The notes: generated by a model from the sequence alone, not told the origin. A stretch of DNA of 50,941 nt from an uncultured Candidatus Saccharibacteria bacterium (GCA_964534605.1 CAZHOS010000003.1:1-50941); one strand, 5' to 3'. Shown: positions 35,933 through 44,304, numbered from the stretch's first letter. Program-made: numbers and translations.

Positions 35933-35941
35933 TGCTATAAT
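35933..35941 (+). promoter_or_regulatory. extended -10 (TGcTATAAT) for the tRNA leader transcript
   Basis: Same 9-mer as upstream of the other plus-strand tRNA; lies about 210 nt upstream of the tRNA. Confidence 0.45.
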
Positions 35942-35965
35942 CCACCCCTGTTGAAAAGAGACCAT

Positions 35966-36143
35966 CACACATTTGGCGGTCGTCATCGACTAGCAAAAGA
36001 AAACCGTGGTTTTCTTCCCTCGGCATCAAACCAAGAATCTCTGATTCTGTTTGAGGATGAGAGAGGAGTAGCGATGATCTGCCAAGATGTGTTGTTCTGC
36101 TACTTGTTTGCAGGACCACACATTTGGTGGTCGTCATCGACTA
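35966..36143 (+). promoter_or_regulatory. structured leader with two direct copies and one inverted copy of a 27-nt repeat
   Basis: R1 is CACACATTTGGCGGTCGTCATCGACTA (35966-35992). R2 is the same with one change (36117-36143). An inverted, degenerate copy GAGTAGCGATGATCTGCCAAGATGTG lies at about 36066-36091. Confidence 0.4.
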
Positions 36144-36149
36144 CGACGA

Positions 36150-36226
36150 GGCGGTATAGCTCAGCTGGTTAGAGCGCAGGACTCATAAGCCTGAGGTCAG
36201 TGGTTCAAGTCCACTTACCGCTACCA
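36150..36226 (+). tRNA. elongator-type tRNA(CAU), probably tRNA-Met
   Basis: The 77-nt sequence GGCGGTATAGCTCAGCTGGTTAGAGCGCAGGACTCATAAGCCTGAGGTCAGTGGTTCAAGTCCACTTACCGCTACCA forms a cloverleaf. It has G1-U72 and an A31-G39 mismatch. Met versus Ile2 is not resolvable by eye. Confidence 0.9.
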
Positions 36227-36227
36227 G

Positions 36228-36260
36228 AAAAAGTTCATCTAAAAGGTGAGCTTTTTTGTT
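36228..36260 (+). terminator. rho-independent terminator of the tRNA
   Basis: AAAAAGTTCATC / TAAAA / GGTGAGCTTTTT (with G-U pairs), followed by TTGTTTG. Confidence 0.75.
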
Positions 36261-36262
36261 TG

Positions 36263-36368
36263 ATAAGCCTGAGTTTAGTGGTGACGGCGACCAAACAGGG
36301 GGCTGCTGTCGCCTATTCTGCCGTTCTTGAAAGCAAGAGCTCTTTACAAGTCCACTTACCTCTACCAA
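36263..36368 (+). pseudogene. ghost copy of the 3' half of the preceding tRNA(CAU), split in the T-loop by a 64-nt insert
   Basis: - ATAAGCCTGAGtttAGTGGT (36263-36282) matches tRNA positions 35-54 at 17 of 20.
- The insert is 36283-36346.
- CAAGTCCACTTACCtCTACCA (36347-36367) is 20/21 identical to 36206-36226. Confidence 0.65.
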
Positions 36369-36431
36369 TAAAATAAATCTAAGAAGGTGAATTTTTTTAA
36401 TCGGGGTGATAGCGATGCTAGACTTAAGGCG

Positions 36432-37319
36432 ATGAGTATTAATATTGCACCGGGTAAGTATGTAGTGGCGGTTTCTGGCGGGGTTGACTCGATGGTTTTG
36501 CTGGATGTGTTAAGCGAGACCAATGATCTGGATCTTATCGTAGCGCACTTTGACCACGGAATACGCAATGATTCGCATGTAGATGCAGAATTTGCTGCAG
36601 CTGCTGCAGGCCGCTATGGTATGGCGGTCGAGACTGAGCGCGTAGAGCTAGGAGCCGATGCAAGTGAAGAGGCTGCTCGCATCGCTCGTTATAACTTTTT
36701 GCACGATATCAGGTCCAAATACCAGGCCCAGGCAATTATTACAGCCCATCATCAAGACGATCTACTAGAGACCGTGGTTATTAATATTTCTAGAGGCACT
36801 GGCCGGCATGGCCTCAGCAGCTTACGCAGTCAGGGTAGCTTGCAGCGCCCACTGCTGGGTTGGTCTAAGCAAGATATTATGGATTATGCTGACTCCCATG
36901 ACATCGAGTGGCGCGAGGATCCTACTAACAAAGACACAACACTGCTGCGCAACCATATTAGGCACGAGATTTTGCCGAAATTATCCCAAGCTCAAAAGCA
37001 GACGCTTATTAATACTTCGATACGAACTGCCGAGCTGAACGATCAGATAGACGAAGGTCTGGCCACACTCCTCAAGTACAAAAGCTATCGGCACGAGGGC
37101 AAGGTTTACCCCAGGTCTTGGTTTAATTCATTGCCGCATAGTCTGTGCATGGATATCGTCCACCATTGGATGCGCCAGCTAAAAGTGCACGACTATAGCC
37201 GTCCAAAGATCGATAGGATTGTCCTGCAGCTCAAGACACTTCGTCCGGGTAAGCAGGTGCAGCTTGGTAGTGACAAAACAATAGCTATTACCAAAAGATC
37301 CTTGCGTCTGCAGGTTTAG
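36432..37319 (+). CDS. tilS: tRNA(Ile)-lysidine synthase
   Basis: PP-loop VAVSGGVDSMVLLDVL, HFDHGIR and ITAHHQDDLLET. The ORF opens at GTG 36387; ATG 36432 is the more likely start. Short form (about 295 aa). Confidence 0.85.
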   Translation: MSINIAPGKYVVAVSGGVDSMVLLDVLSETNDLDLIVAHFDHGIRNDSHVDAEFAAAAAGRYGMAVETERVELGADASEEAARIARYNFLHDIRSKYQAQAIITAHHQDDLLETVVINISRGTGRHGLSSLRSQGSLQRPLLGWSKQDIMDYADSHDIEWREDPTNKDTTLLRNHIRHEILPKLSQAQKQTLINTSIRTAELNDQIDEGLATLLKYKSYRHEGKVYPRSWFNSLPHSLCMDIVHHWMRQLKVHDYSRPKIDRIVLQLKTLRPGKQVQLGSDKTIAITKRSLRLQV

Positions 37320-37774
37320 AGCCCGACTTTAATACCGAATTCTTCCCGCAAGTCTTTTAGTGGGCGGCCCAAGTACTGCTCGTAGTCAAAGTGTGGCCAC
37401 TTTTTCTTCATGCGCACAGCTCGGTACGCGGCTCTAATAACTCTAGGCAGAGTGGTGAGCAAGCGTTTTGTTAACCGCCATATACCAAAATGGCCGACAA
37501 CCTTCCCAATAAACCCCTTTTTTACGATGTTGGTCATCTTTTTGGGAGGTAGCTTGCAGCCGAGCACAGTCATGACCTCTACCAGTAACTCTTCTGCGGA
37601 TGTTGGTCCAAGCCCAAAGAATACATGGGCCGCGTCGTGGGCTTTAACTACAGATGCTTCTTGGCCTAAAAAGCCGTCGCTATCTACAAAGTCAGGGTGG
37701 TTTTTGTAGTATTCATCTAGTCCCATTTGCAGCGTCTGATTGGTGTCTGGCGACTGATAAGCGTATTTACTCAT
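37316..37774 (-). CDS. Coq4-family-like protein
   Basis: HDAAHVFFGLGPTSAEE fits the Coq4 HDxxH-x11-E metal-ligand motif. The ORF extends to 37864, but Met 37774 (MSKYAYQSPD) is the likely start. Confidence 0.6.
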   Translation of the reverse strand: MSKYAYQSPDTNQTLQMGLDEYYKNHPDFVDSDGFLGQEASVVKAHDAAHVFFGLGPTSAEELLVEVMTVLGCKLPPKKMTNIVKKGFIGKVVGHFGIWRLTKRLLTTLPRVIRAAYRAVRMKKKWPHFDYEQYLGRPLKDLREEFGIKVGL

Positions 37775-37867
37775 GGTCAAAATCTTACCACTTGGGTCAT
37801 AATAACAACGTAATTTAAGTAGAATTATATGCTGATAATACGTCTTATCCTGTAGAATAGGCAAGAT

Positions 37868-39724
37868 ATGAAACCCAAGAACAACAAGCCCAAGCCTAAT
37901 AATACAATCCGCACGATTATCTTTTTACTGATGGTCGGTGGCCTGGCGGCGGCAATTATCTTTGCTAACTCCAGCACGGACGAGCTAGAGCAGGTGTCTT
38001 TTAGTAGCGTTATAGAGCGCGCTAACAACGGCGAGATTAAAGACCTAAATGTCGACCAAGAGAGGGTGGAAGTAACCCTGCAAGACTCGGAAGAGCCAAG
38101 CCAGTTTGCTATCCGTGATACTAGCGGCACACTACAAGACCAAGGTCTATCGCCAGATGCACCTGTCGAGGTGACCTTCGAGTCGACCGACGACTCACGC
38201 GGCTTGATCATCGGCTTGGCAGCAAACTTGTTAGTGCCGATTGCTATCTTGCTGGTCCTTATCTATATGTTCCGCTCGGCCCAAGGCCAGGGCAATCAAG
38301 CTATGAGCTTTGGTAAGAGCAAAGCCAGACTGTATGGTAACGAAAAAGACAAAGTGCTATTTAAGGACATAGCTGGCAACGAAAATGCCAAGGAGGACCT
38401 CAACGAAGTTGTTGACTTCCTAAAGCACCCAGAGAAGTTCAAAGATGTTGGCGCCAAGATACCAAAGGGTGTACTGCTAGTCGGTCCTCCCGGTACCGGT
38501 AAAACAATGATCGCCCGTGCTGTGGCCGGCGAGGCAAGTGTACCTTACTTTAGTATCAGTGGATCAGAGTTTGTCGAGATGTTTGTTGGTGTCGGTGCCA
38601 GCCGTGTGCGCGACTTATTCTCTAAGGCTAAAAAGAACGCTCCGGCTATAATATTCGTAGACGAGATCGATGCAGTTGGCCGCAAACGTGGTAGCGGTAT
38701 GGGTGGCGGCCACGACGAGCGCGAGCAAACGCTCAATCAAATACTTGTCGAGATGGACGGGTTCGAGCAGGGGCAGAACGTTATCGTATTAGCAGCAACC
38801 AACCGCGCAGACGTATTAGATAATGCACTGCTACGCCCAGGCCGCTTTGACCGCCGCGTAATGATAGGCCTGCCAGACCGCAAAGACCGCGAAGCAATCC
38901 TCGATGTGCACTTCAAAGAAAAGCCAACCGAGAAGTCTGTCGATATACCGAGCTTGGCCGCCAAGACTGCTGGCAGTTCTGGGGCAGACCTCGCTAACAT
39001 TGCCAACGAGGCCGCCATCCGTGCTGCTCGTCATGACCGTAAAACAATTAAGAACGAAGATGTTGTAGAGGCTTTCGAAAAAGTAGCTATCGGTCCCGAG
39101 CGTAAAGGCAAGATCATGAGTGAAGAAGACAAGAAGCTCACAGCTATTCACGAGGCTGGACACGCGATAGTCGGACATGTGCTTCCGGAAAGCGACATGG
39201 TGCACAAGGTGACCATCGTAAGTCGTGGCCATGCTGGAGGCGTAACGTGGTTTATCCCACAAAATGACCAGTCCTACCATACGATCGGCTGGTACAAAGA
39301 TGTAATTGCCAGAATTATGGGCGGCCGTATCGCAGAGGAGATCTACTACGGCAAAGAGAATGTTACAACAGGTGCTGGAGGGTCGGACCTGCAGAAGGCA
39401 GCCGAGATGGCCCGCGAAATGGTTGTAACCATGGGTATGGGCAGTGGAGATTTGCGTGACAGGGTATTTAGTACAGAAGATGGCATGATGTTCGAGCGGA
39501 TGGTTCACGAAAAGACTTATAGCGACGAAACGGCCAAGCGTATAGATGACGAGGTAGCCAGACTAATGAAGGAAGGCGCAGACAGAGCAAGGACAGTCAT
39601 TAAAGCCAACAAGTCGTACATCGACAAACTTGCCGAGGCGCTGCTAGATAAAGAGACTATCGAGGCGGATGAAGTGTTGGAGATCTTTAAGGGGGCTAAA
39701 CTCCCCACTTCAGCCAAGCTTTAG
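37868..39724 (+). CDS. ftsH: ATP-dependent zinc metalloprotease FtsH
   Basis: 618 aa with two TM segments. Walker [15 protein letters not shown], the SRH region and the [10 protein letters not shown] zinc motif. Confidence 0.95.
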   Translation: MKPKNNKPKPNNTIRTIIFLLMVGGLAAAIIFANSSTDELEQVSFSSVIERANNGEIKDLNVDQERVEVTLQDSEEPSQFAIRDTSGTLQDQGLSPDAPVEVTFESTDDSRGLIIGLAANLLVPIAILLVLIYMFRSAQGQGNQAMSFGKSKARLYGNEKDKVLFKDIAGNENAKEDLNEVVDFLKHPEKFKDVGAKIPKGVLLVGPPGTGKTMIARAVAGEASVPYFSISGSEFVEMFVGVGASRVRDLFSKAKKNAPAIIFVDEIDAVGRKRGSGMGGGHDEREQTLNQILVEMDGFEQGQNVIVLAATNRADVLDNALLRPGRFDRRVMIGLPDRKDREAILDVHFKEKPTEKSVDIPSLAAKTAGSSGADLANIANEAAIRAARHDRKTIKNEDVVEAFEKVAIGPERKGKIMSEEDKKLTAIHEAGHAIVGHVLPESDMVHKVTIVSRGHAGGVTWFIPQNDQSYHTIGWYKDVIARIMGGRIAEEIYYGKENVTTGAGGSDLQKAAEMAREMVVTMGMGSGDLRDRVFSTEDGMMFERMVHEKTYSDETAKRIDDEVARLMKEGADRARTVIKANKSYIDKLAEALLDKETIEADEVLEIFKGAKLPTSAKL

Positions 39725-39735
39725 GCCACTGGCCC

Positions 39736-39784
39736 GGAAGCAGCACCTGCCAAAGAGCAAAGCTCTTTGCGCTGTGCTGATTCC
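39736..39784 (+). terminator. long hairpin after ftsH
   Basis: GGAAGCAGCAC ... AAAGAGC-AAA-GCTCTTT ... GTGCTGATTCC, then GTCTTT. The T-tract is weak. Confidence 0.5.
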
Positions 39785-39977
39785 GTCTTTGGCCACAATT
39801 GATATTTTATCTTTACGGTACGCAGTCGGAGTGCCATATACACACCTCCTTTGCGTTCCGCAGACAAAATTCAATTCTGGCTCAAAGCCAGCAACCTAAA
39901 GCCCACGCTTCGATCAAGTTTGGTCAGCTAGCAGTATTTTATTGAGTTATAATTAAGGAAAAGAGCGAAGGAGAAGC

Positions 39978-40481
39978 ATGGCTGTTGAGTGGCACGACAA
40001 AGTTGATGATAACGATAATGTTATTGGCAAGATTACTAGGGAAGAGATAAATACTACGGATACCTATAACTTTAGGGTCGTAAATATGTTTATTAAGAAT
40101 TCAAAAGGTCAGCTTTGGACTCCTCGGCGAGTAAAATCAAAAAGAACTTTTCCAGATGCACTTGATTTTGCAGTAGGAGGCCATGTAGATATGGGCGAGA
40201 CATACGAGGAGGCGCTCGTAAGAGAAACTATGGAAGAGTTGAATATCGAGCTAGATATGAAGCATGTCCATAAAATAGGTAGACTTACGCCTGCTGATGG
40301 GCGGTTCGCTTTCATGAACATATACGAATATGAGACTGACGAAGATCCTAGATATAATCCCCAAGACTTTAGCGGATTTGAATGGCTCTCTCCGCAAGAA
40401 CTTGTTGATAGGATCGAGTCTGGAGACAAGGCCAAGAGCGATATAGCTCCAATAGTGAGATCATTCTATATAGATCAATAA
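39978..40481 (+). CDS. NUDIX hydrolase
   Basis: 167 aa. Nudix box GGHVDMGETYEEALVRETMEELNI; AAGGAG lies upstream of the ATG. Confidence 0.85.
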   Translation: MAVEWHDKVDDNDNVIGKITREEINTTDTYNFRVVNMFIKNSKGQLWTPRRVKSKRTFPDALDFAVGGHVDMGETYEEALVRETMEELNIELDMKHVHKIGRLTPADGRFAFMNIYEYETDEDPRYNPQDFSGFEWLSPQELVDRIESGDKAKSDIAPIVRSFYIDQ

Positions 40482-40610
40482 CTATCTCTAGGTAGTGTAT
40501 TTTTAGTTTGGGCTGAGTGGTGTAGATTTCACGGCGCCAAGACTGAGTGCAGCTTAAAATACCTAAGATGTACCAGTAGCAAGTTCGATGAATCAGATTC
40601 ATTCTGATTC

Positions 40611-42227
40611 ATGGTGCTTGTGCCTGGGGTTGTGAGGTATACTTATGGCATGAATCGTATACTACGTCGCGCCAACGTCAAGCTGTCGCTTGGAAATGCT
40701 GCTTTCTTGTTAGCTAGTTCTAGTTTCTTGGGCGTTATACTTGGAGTTATTCGCACCAAGGCGATTAACTCGAACTTTAATAACTTTATGTCCGGCGCTT
40801 ACTTTGCTGCGTTCAAGATCCCCGACCTTATATACATCGCGTTTGCTTCCGGGGCTATCAGCGTGGCTTTTATGCCGGTACTGACCGACAAATTGGGTAA
40901 GGGTAACCGCAAGGGTGCCTGGCAATTGACTAGCTATGTACTAAATGCCATGGCTCTGGTTACGTTTGTTATGTCTCTGCTGCTTATAATCTTTGCGCGT
41001 CCACTACTCGAGCATGTCATTGCCCCTGGGTTTTCACCGGAGCGTCTGGACGTAGCTACGTCTGTTATGCGTTTGGTTGCGATCAACCCTCTCGTTTTCT
41101 CTATAGTATCGGTCCTAGCTAGTGTGCAGCAGGCCATGGGGCGCTTCTTCTTCTTTGCTATTGCTCCGCTGTTTTACAACATATCTATTATCGCTAGCAT
41201 CTATATCTTCCAGGACAATATTGGCATAGTGGGATTGGGTGTTGGTGTAGCCATTGGCTCGCTATTAAACTTGGCTGTGGTCAGCCTGGGTATGATCGGT
41301 CTTAACTTTAAGCATAGCCTCAGGATCAATCTACGGGATAAGTCTCTGCGGCAGGTTATGACAGCGGTCCCACCTCGCTCGATCAACCAGGGCATAACCC
41401 AGATCAACACGATTGCAGAAACACGTTTTGCGAGCCGTATAAGCATTAGCGCAGTGACTAACTTCGAGAACGCTCTGGTGCTACATAATGCGCCTGTACG
41501 GTTGATTGGTGTGGCAATTAGTACTGCGGCCTTCCCGCGCTTCACCGAAAGGTTATCGCAAGGGCGACCCGACCTCTTCCGCAAGGAATTTATGGGTGTC
41601 CTAAAGGCAATGATCTGGATAGCAGTGCCTGTAGTTGCTGCTAGTTACTTTGGGCGAGACTATTTGGCGCGCATTATCTTCTCGAACGATAACCGCGAGA
41701 TTGCCATAATCTTTGGGTTCTTGTCTATCAGTATGTTCTTTCGCACTATTTACTCGGTGATCACACGCTACTTCTATGCCCAGAAGGACACTAAGACTCC
41801 GCTCTATGTATCGCTGTTTACGATTGCGTTCAACGTCTATCTGGCCTACCGATTATCCCGAGCCGATGCCTACGGGGTTTCAGGCTTGGCGATCGCGGCA
41901 TCCACCACAGCTGCACTGGAGGTTATGACGCTGCTGTTTATCATGAAGAAGCGCGATCATAAAATGTTCGACCTAGATTTCTTTAAGGGGCTAATGAGCA
42001 TACTGGCGACTGCAGCCTTCGTGTCTGTCGGGGCCTTCTTCTTCTCGATATTCTTGCCACTAAAGCCGACTGACGTTAGTGTCATCCTTTATGTAAAAAT
42101 AAGTATTATCGGCCTACTTACTATCGCCCTGCACATATTCGTCTCCTGGATACTCGGCGTCGAAGAATCCAAGCCAGTTACCGCGAAGATAAAAAAGATA
42201 ATACTCCGCCCCGTAAAAATAAACTAG
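40611..42227 (+). CDS. murJ: lipid II flippase MurJ (MviN family)
   Basis: About 14 TM segments. N-terminal pattern SSFLGVILGVIRTKAI...AAFKIPDLIYIAFASGAISVAFMPVL is typical of MurJ. The start may be ATG 40650. Confidence 0.85.
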   Translation: MVLVPGVVRYTYGMNRILRRANVKLSLGNAAFLLASSSFLGVILGVIRTKAINSNFNNFMSGAYFAAFKIPDLIYIAFASGAISVAFMPVLTDKLGKGNRKGAWQLTSYVLNAMALVTFVMSLLLIIFARPLLEHVIAPGFSPERLDVATSVMRLVAINPLVFSIVSVLASVQQAMGRFFFFAIAPLFYNISIIASIYIFQDNIGIVGLGVGVAIGSLLNLAVVSLGMIGLNFKHSLRINLRDKSLRQVMTAVPPRSINQGITQINTIAETRFASRISISAVTNFENALVLHNAPVRLIGVAISTAAFPRFTERLSQGRPDLFRKEFMGVLKAMIWIAVPVVAASYFGRDYLARIIFSNDNREIAIIFGFLSISMFFRTIYSVITRYFYAQKDTKTPLYVSLFTIAFNVYLAYRLSRADAYGVSGLAIAASTTAALEVMTLLFIMKKRDHKMFDLDFFKGLMSILATAAFVSVGAFFFSIFLPLKPTDVSVILYVKISIIGLLTIALHIFVSWILGVEESKPVTAKIKKIILRPVKIN

Positions 42228-42477
42228 AAATCAAGCTATTACTTCTATAAAAACAGAGGTCAATCTGTTAAAGTTACTTCTATATGGAAAGAGTTATTTT
42301 ACTACCTGGGCGGATTAGATCCATTGGCTCTAGGTCAGAATCGAATTTTTGCGCTGAAGCTTGGCGATGGCTGTGCATAGGGCACTGCCCTGGCAAGATC
42401 CGTAAGCTAAAATATCGGTTCTGGCCAGAGAGCGCCCTACAAGCTGCCACTTGCTTGCAGATAGGAGGGCATGCCCA

Positions 42478-44256
42478 ATGGATCTAATTAGGAATTACGC
42501 GATTATTGCCCATATAGATCACGGCAAATCCACCCTAGCTGACCGCCTCCTAGAGATTACCGGTACTGTTGAGAAGCGCGAAATGAAGCAACAGCTGCTA
42601 GACAAGATGGATTTAGAGCGCGAGAAGGGCATAACTATTAAGCTGGCACCAGTGAGGATGCTGTATAAGGACCACCAATTAAATCTCATAGACACTCCAG
42701 GTCACGTCGATTTTAGCTACGAAGTTTCTCGTAGTTTGCAGGCCTGCGAAGGTGCATTGCTGGTTGTAGATGCATCGCAGGGTATTCAGGCTCAGACATT
42801 AGCAAATGTCTATTTGGCCATGGAGAATGATCTAAAGATTATCCCAGTGCTTAACAAAATAGATCTGCCAGCTGCAGATGTACCGCGGGTGTCTGCCGAG
42901 GTCAAGTCGCTGCTGGGCTGCAAGGACGAGGACATCCTCAAGGTGAGCGCCAAAACAGGCGAAGGCGTAGAAGGCGTGCTAGAGGCTGTTATCGAGCGTG
43001 TACCACCGCCCACAAAGACAACGGACGATAACAGGACCAGAGCTCTAATATTCGATTCGTATTACGACGAGTACCGCGGGGTAGTGCTCTACGCCCGTGT
43101 TTTCGATGGCCAAATCGACAAGGCCGCTGACTTTCACATGATGGCCACAGAAGCTAACGGCATAGCCCTAGAGGTCGGGGCGCTCTCGCCCGAGATGAAC
43201 CCCCACCAAAGCCTGGATATTGGCGAGATCGGATATATCGTCACTAACCTTAAAAGCACTGCCGAGGCGAGGGTGGGCGACACAATCACTTTACAAAAAA
43301 ACCCTGCCGTTGACGCCTTGCCTGGCTATAAGGAAGTCCGACCCTTTGTGTTTTCCGGTGTGTTCCCTAGCAGCAATGATCAGTACAACCAACTTAAGGA
43401 TGCTATGGACAAGCTAAAGCTGTCGGACTCGGCTCTTGTATTCGACCCAGAGAATTCCCCGGTCTTGGGGCACGGCTTCCGTGTTGGGTTCTTGGGGCTA
43501 CTACACATGGACATTGTGCGCGAGAGGTTAGAGCGCGAGTACGGAGTAGAGGTTATTATGAGCAACCCCAGCACCGATTACGAGGTCACGCTTACGAGTA
43601 ACGAAGAGCTATCCATACGATCAGCCTCCGACCTACCAGACCCACAAAAGATAGAGGAGGTCCGCGAACCATGGGTGGACGGCGAGATCGTTTGTCCCAA
43701 CGAGTACGTAGGTACCGTCATCCAGCTAATCGTTGGCGCTAGAGGTTTGCAAAAGAACGTCGATTATGTCGATCAGCTAGCGATCGTTAACTTCGAGGCC
43801 CCCTTAGCCAATCTACTAACAGATTTTTATGATCGGCTCAAAAGCCAGACAAGCGGCTACGGCAGCTTTAACTACGAAATAAAAGAGTACCGCACAGAAG
43901 ACTTGGTGCGCGTAGATTTCTACGTAGCAGGTGACATAGTCGAAGCATTAAGCGTTATGCGTCATCGTTCCGAGGCAGCAGCTTTCGGGCGCGATATTGT
44001 CAAAAAGCTCAAAGAGATTATTCCGAGACAACAGTTCAAGGTTGCTCTGCAGGCTGGAATCGGCGGCAAGTTTATAGCCCGCGAAGACCTTAGTGGCTTC
44101 CGCAAGGATGTAACCGGTAAGCTGTATGGCGGTGATGTTAGCCGTCGTAAAAAGCTACTCGACAAACAAAAGAAGGGCAAAGCCCGCATGAAGATGTTTG
44201 GCAAGGTAGAGCTACCCAGCGAAGCCTTTACCGTTCTTCTCCAGCGCGACGACTAA
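42478..44256 (+). CDS. lepA: elongation factor 4 (LepA)
   Basis: NYAIIAHIDHGKSTLADRLL, DTPGHVDF, NKIDL and the LepA-specific C-terminus. AGGAGG lies 9 nt before ATG 42478; the ORF opens at 42451. Confidence 0.95.
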   Translation: MDLIRNYAIIAHIDHGKSTLADRLLEITGTVEKREMKQQLLDKMDLEREKGITIKLAPVRMLYKDHQLNLIDTPGHVDFSYEVSRSLQACEGALLVVDASQGIQAQTLANVYLAMENDLKIIPVLNKIDLPAADVPRVSAEVKSLLGCKDEDILKVSAKTGEGVEGVLEAVIERVPPPTKTTDDNRTRALIFDSYYDEYRGVVLYARVFDGQIDKAADFHMMATEANGIALEVGALSPEMNPHQSLDIGEIGYIVTNLKSTAEARVGDTITLQKNPAVDALPGYKEVRPFVFSGVFPSSNDQYNQLKDAMDKLKLSDSALVFDPENSPVLGHGFRVGFLGLLHMDIVRERLEREYGVEVIMSNPSTDYEVTLTSNEELSIRSASDLPDPQKIEEVREPWVDGEIVCPNEYVGTVIQLIVGARGLQKNVDYVDQLAIVNFEAPLANLLTDFYDRLKSQTSGYGSFNYEIKEYRTEDLVRVDFYVAGDIVEALSVMRHRSEAAAFGRDIVKKLKEIIPRQQFKVALQAGIGGKFIAREDLSGFRKDVTGKLYGGDVSRRKKLLDKQKKGKARMKMFGKVELPSEAFTVLLQRDD

Positions 44257-44266
44257 GAGTTTGGTA

Positions 44267-44304
44267 GAGCGCTACATTTACTAAATGTTGCTCGGTATTT
44301 TTTT
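44267..44304 (+). terminator. rho-independent terminator after lepA
   Basis: GAGCGCTACATTT / ACT / AAATGTTGCTC, followed by GGTATTTTTTT. Confidence 0.75.

Noticed and set aside
35951-36172. 73-aa ORF (TTG start) upstream of tilS
   Set aside because: It runs through both copies of the 27-nt repeat in different frames and into the tRNA gene at 36150, and it has no RBS. I interpret the region as a structured non-coding leader.
36369-36374. TAAAAT as the tilS -10 with TTTACA (36343-36348) as the -35 inside the ghost tRNA
   Set aside because: The spacer would be 20 nt, outside the usual 16-19 nt range. I cannot support a promoter call from sequence alone.
39669-39899. 76-aa plus-strand ORF overlapping the ftsH 3' end
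   Set aside because: It is out of frame with the ftsH C-terminus and continues through the terminator hairpin, with no RBS.
42284-42487. 67-aa ORF upstream of lepA
   Set aside because: It has no RBS and an implausible sequence, and it overlaps the well-supported lepA start (AGGAGG-9 nt-ATG at 42478).
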